DNA of 63,027 bases, filler included, from Diploschistes diacapsis (taxonomy: Eukaryota): NCBI GenBank assembly GCA_023645945.1. It is 19 parts of 19 records of this genome, joined end to end, with 100 filler letters (N's around TTAATTAATTAA, not from the genome) between each part and the next. Parts side by side here need not be neighbours in the genome. Positions count along the whole stretch, not along the records: positions 60,474 to 61,700 come from JALAIB010003551.1; positions 61,801 to 63,027 come from JALAIB010003552.1; 17 more parts are not named here. One strand, 5' to 3'. The position numbers and the translations under genes are program-made. This document shows, one piece after another, positions 60,754 to 63,027 of the stretch. The notes beneath the pieces were generated by a model. It did not search any database. It was given only the letters and a program-made list of their open reading frames with translations, and was not told the origin of the DNA. Every line of letters starts with the position of its first letter. Position 1 is the first letter of the stretch.

Positions 60754-61700
60754 TCGTTTAGATACGAAATAACGTACTCGTTTAGAATATCGCGTAATAT
60801 GTCGTTTATGAATTTTTGTTCGGTAGTTAGTGCGTTAATAAATTTAAAAGGTATTATTAGGTATTTAAATAGCTCGTAACGTGTTTTGAATGTTGTTTTT
60901 TATTTTTCGCCTTTTTTTATCTTTATGAGGTTGAAGTTTACTCGTTGGATTAATTTCGTATATTATAATACATTATGTAATCGATTTCGTAATTTTTAAA
61001 TGTTCGATATGGGGTAACGGTTCTTTATAGTAATAACGTTAAGCTTCCGGAAGTCGATATAAGGTTAAAGAATTTACCTTTTTTTGCCGTTAGGTTTCAG
61101 TACGAAAATGATTGGAAACGATGTTGGTAATTTGGATTTACGAATGTGTCCTTTTTTAAATATTTTTTAAAGATATTGTTTAAGGAATTTCAGCTTTATT
61201 ATTAATGTTTTATAAAGAAATTCAAATTTTAGAAATTTTTCGTTTATAAGTTCAATAATATAATCTTAAGGTTTATATTTAGATAGTACTCGTAAGCCTA
61301 TTTCTTTTTAAAAGAGGTATAATTACTAATAATATTTTTCAAAGATTTTTAAAAGGTAATTATTTTTTTTCTTATTAGTATTCTTGTTAGTACGAGTTTT
61401 TACTTCTCGTATTTGAATCTGCTAATCAAGATCTTCTTTGATTCCGATTCGAAAAGTATTATATAATATTTTTTCTTTATTTACCGTAGTCGCCATGACT
61501 GCGCGTAGGCGGGATATGTTGATATACGTATATTCGTATAATTTAAAAGTTCGTATCTTAAAATTAATCGTTAGATTGTAAATATTTAGTTAAAGGTTTC
61601 CGAGGATGATTTCGTAAATAATTATATCTATTAAGTCGAAGATAAGTTTTTTAACATATCTTAAGATTTTAACTATTAACGATAACGTACGTTTAATAAC
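60754..61700 (-). mobile_element. Ty3/Gypsy reverse transcriptase N-half, cut at the YxDD motif by the pogo insertion
   Basis: PIIFVLKPNG..DFRKLNVITIKNRYP..KTTFKTRYELFKYLIIPF..VISYLND (YLDD). Confidence 0.8.
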
Positions 61701-61846
61701 NNNNNNNNNNNNNNNNNNNNNNNNNNNNNNNNNNNNNNNNNNNNTTAATTAATTAANNNNNNNNNNNNNNNNNNNNNNNNNNNNNNNNNNNNNNNNNNNN
61801 GAATATAGCGTTTATAAAAGATATAAGTTTCTGGAAAGGGGGGTAA

Positions 61847-62170
61847 TAAGACAGCTTAACCCAGGTACCTGTTAAGCCACGGTAGGGTTATATGATTATA
61901 ATAAGATTATATAACGGGTCCCACCGGGATAACCGCTGCCAGCCGTGCTAAAGATGTTAAGAGATGGTTGTATAAACGGGTTGTGCCTGAACCCTTGTAG
62001 GGCTAGCATCTACATTATTATTTATTTGTGTTACCCTCCTATTTAGATAGTTTCTTTTTTAGCTTTTCGAATCGAAACCTTTTACCTGTAGATACTCAAC
62101 TACACGTAATCCTTCCGGATCAGGCCCAGCCCCCGGTAGTGTAGTATCCCATTCCTGCGCTGGCGTTTTA
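61847..62170 (+). mobile_element. Family A 3' LTR with PPT (GGAAAGGGGGGTAA)
   Basis: Same pol-end/PPT and 3' module as the other copies. Termini are RIP-mutated to TAAGAC...GTTTTA and the U3 middle differs. Confidence 0.78.
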
Positions 62171-62339
62171 AAATTAAGTTATGTAAAATGAAGGTTTTAA
62201 GATTAAATTAGATATTTGTTGAAAGTGGTGGAAGTTCTTAATAGAGAACAGATGACAAAGATGAATTCAGCAGCTAGTCCTAACTAGGAAATATTCTTAG
62301 CCTACCTAGCTTGGTAGCTGACTATTGTTCAGTAATAAT

Positions 62340-63027
62340 TCATATTTTTCGTTAACGAGAATAAAACGTTTGATATAATTATCTACGAAATTATCCTCGA
62401 AAACCTTTAACTAAATATTTATAATTTAACGATTAATTTTAAGACACGGACCTTTAAATTAAATAAATATACGTATATTAATATATCCCGTTTACGCGTA
62501 GTTATGGCGACTACGATAGATAAGAAGAAAATATTATGCGATATTCCCCGAACCGGAATTAAGGAAGGTCTTAACCAGTAAATTCAGATACGAGAAATAA
62601 AAACTCGTATTAATAAGAATATTAATAAGAAAAAAAATGACTACCTTTTAAAAATCTTTAAAAAATATTATCAATAATTATATTTCTTTTAAGAAGAAAC
62701 GAGCTTATAAATATTATTTAAGTATAAATCTTAGGACCATGTTAACGAACTTATAGACGAAGAAATCCCAAAATTTAAACCTCTTTATAAAATATTAGCG
62801 ATAAAATTAAGATTCCTTAAACAATATTTCTAAAAAATGTTCAAAAAAAATTACATTTATAAATCTAAATTATTAACATCGTTTCTAATCATTTTCGTAC
62901 CGAAACCTAACGATAAAAAAAGATAAACTTTTCGATCCTATATCGACTTCCGGAAGCTTAACGTTATCACCGTGAAAAATCGTTATCTTATATTAAATAT
63001 TTAAGAATTACGAGATCGATTATATAA
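62340..63027 (+). mobile_element. Ty3/Gypsy RT N-terminal region (same family as 60754-61700, opposite strand)
   Basis: Reverse-complement similarity to 61000-61690: IIFVPKPN..DFRKLNVITVKNRY. Confidence 0.75.

Noticed and set aside
45854..63027. AT-rich contigs as mitochondrial, endosymbiont or alternative-genetic-code DNA
   Set aside because: They contain recognisable fungal transposon motifs disrupted by C-to-T and G-to-A changes. The stops arise from Trp and Gln codons, as expected from RIP.

Overview
This is filamentous ascomycete (Pezizomycotina) DNA with GT-AG introns. It is not one contiguous locus. It is 18 contigs joined by 17 identical artificial 100-nt spacers (44 N + TTAATTAATTAA + 44 N). 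Two gene-dense contigs of about 20 kb carry mostly housekeeping genes. Contig 1-20173 has a methyltransferase pseudogene, SPF45, ANP1/VAN1-like, SWC4, a p24/ERP1 cargo receptor, UPS2, DOT5, a complex I 21.3-kDa subunit, a Zip3/Cst9-like RING gene and a PY-motif hypothetical protein. Contig 25598-45753 has ROT1, a Zn2Cys6 transcription factor, FAU1, SME1, MTR10, SET3-like, ALG7, an internally deleted NLR-like relic and the 5' end of SEH1. The other 16 contigs (1227-1231 bp each) are AT-rich, RIP-mutated nests of Ty3/Gypsy, Copia, pogo/Fot1, Tc1/impala-like and hAT-like elements plus MITEs. I found no convincing new multi-gene system. The most unusual signals are an LTR family with a conserved 3' module but variable U3 and 34-bp repeat number, element ends that look spared from RIP, the NLR-like relic lacking its NACHT core, and an apparent frameshift in SWC4. 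All gene calls come from motif recognition by eye, not from database searches. Spliced CDS coordinates give the overall span.
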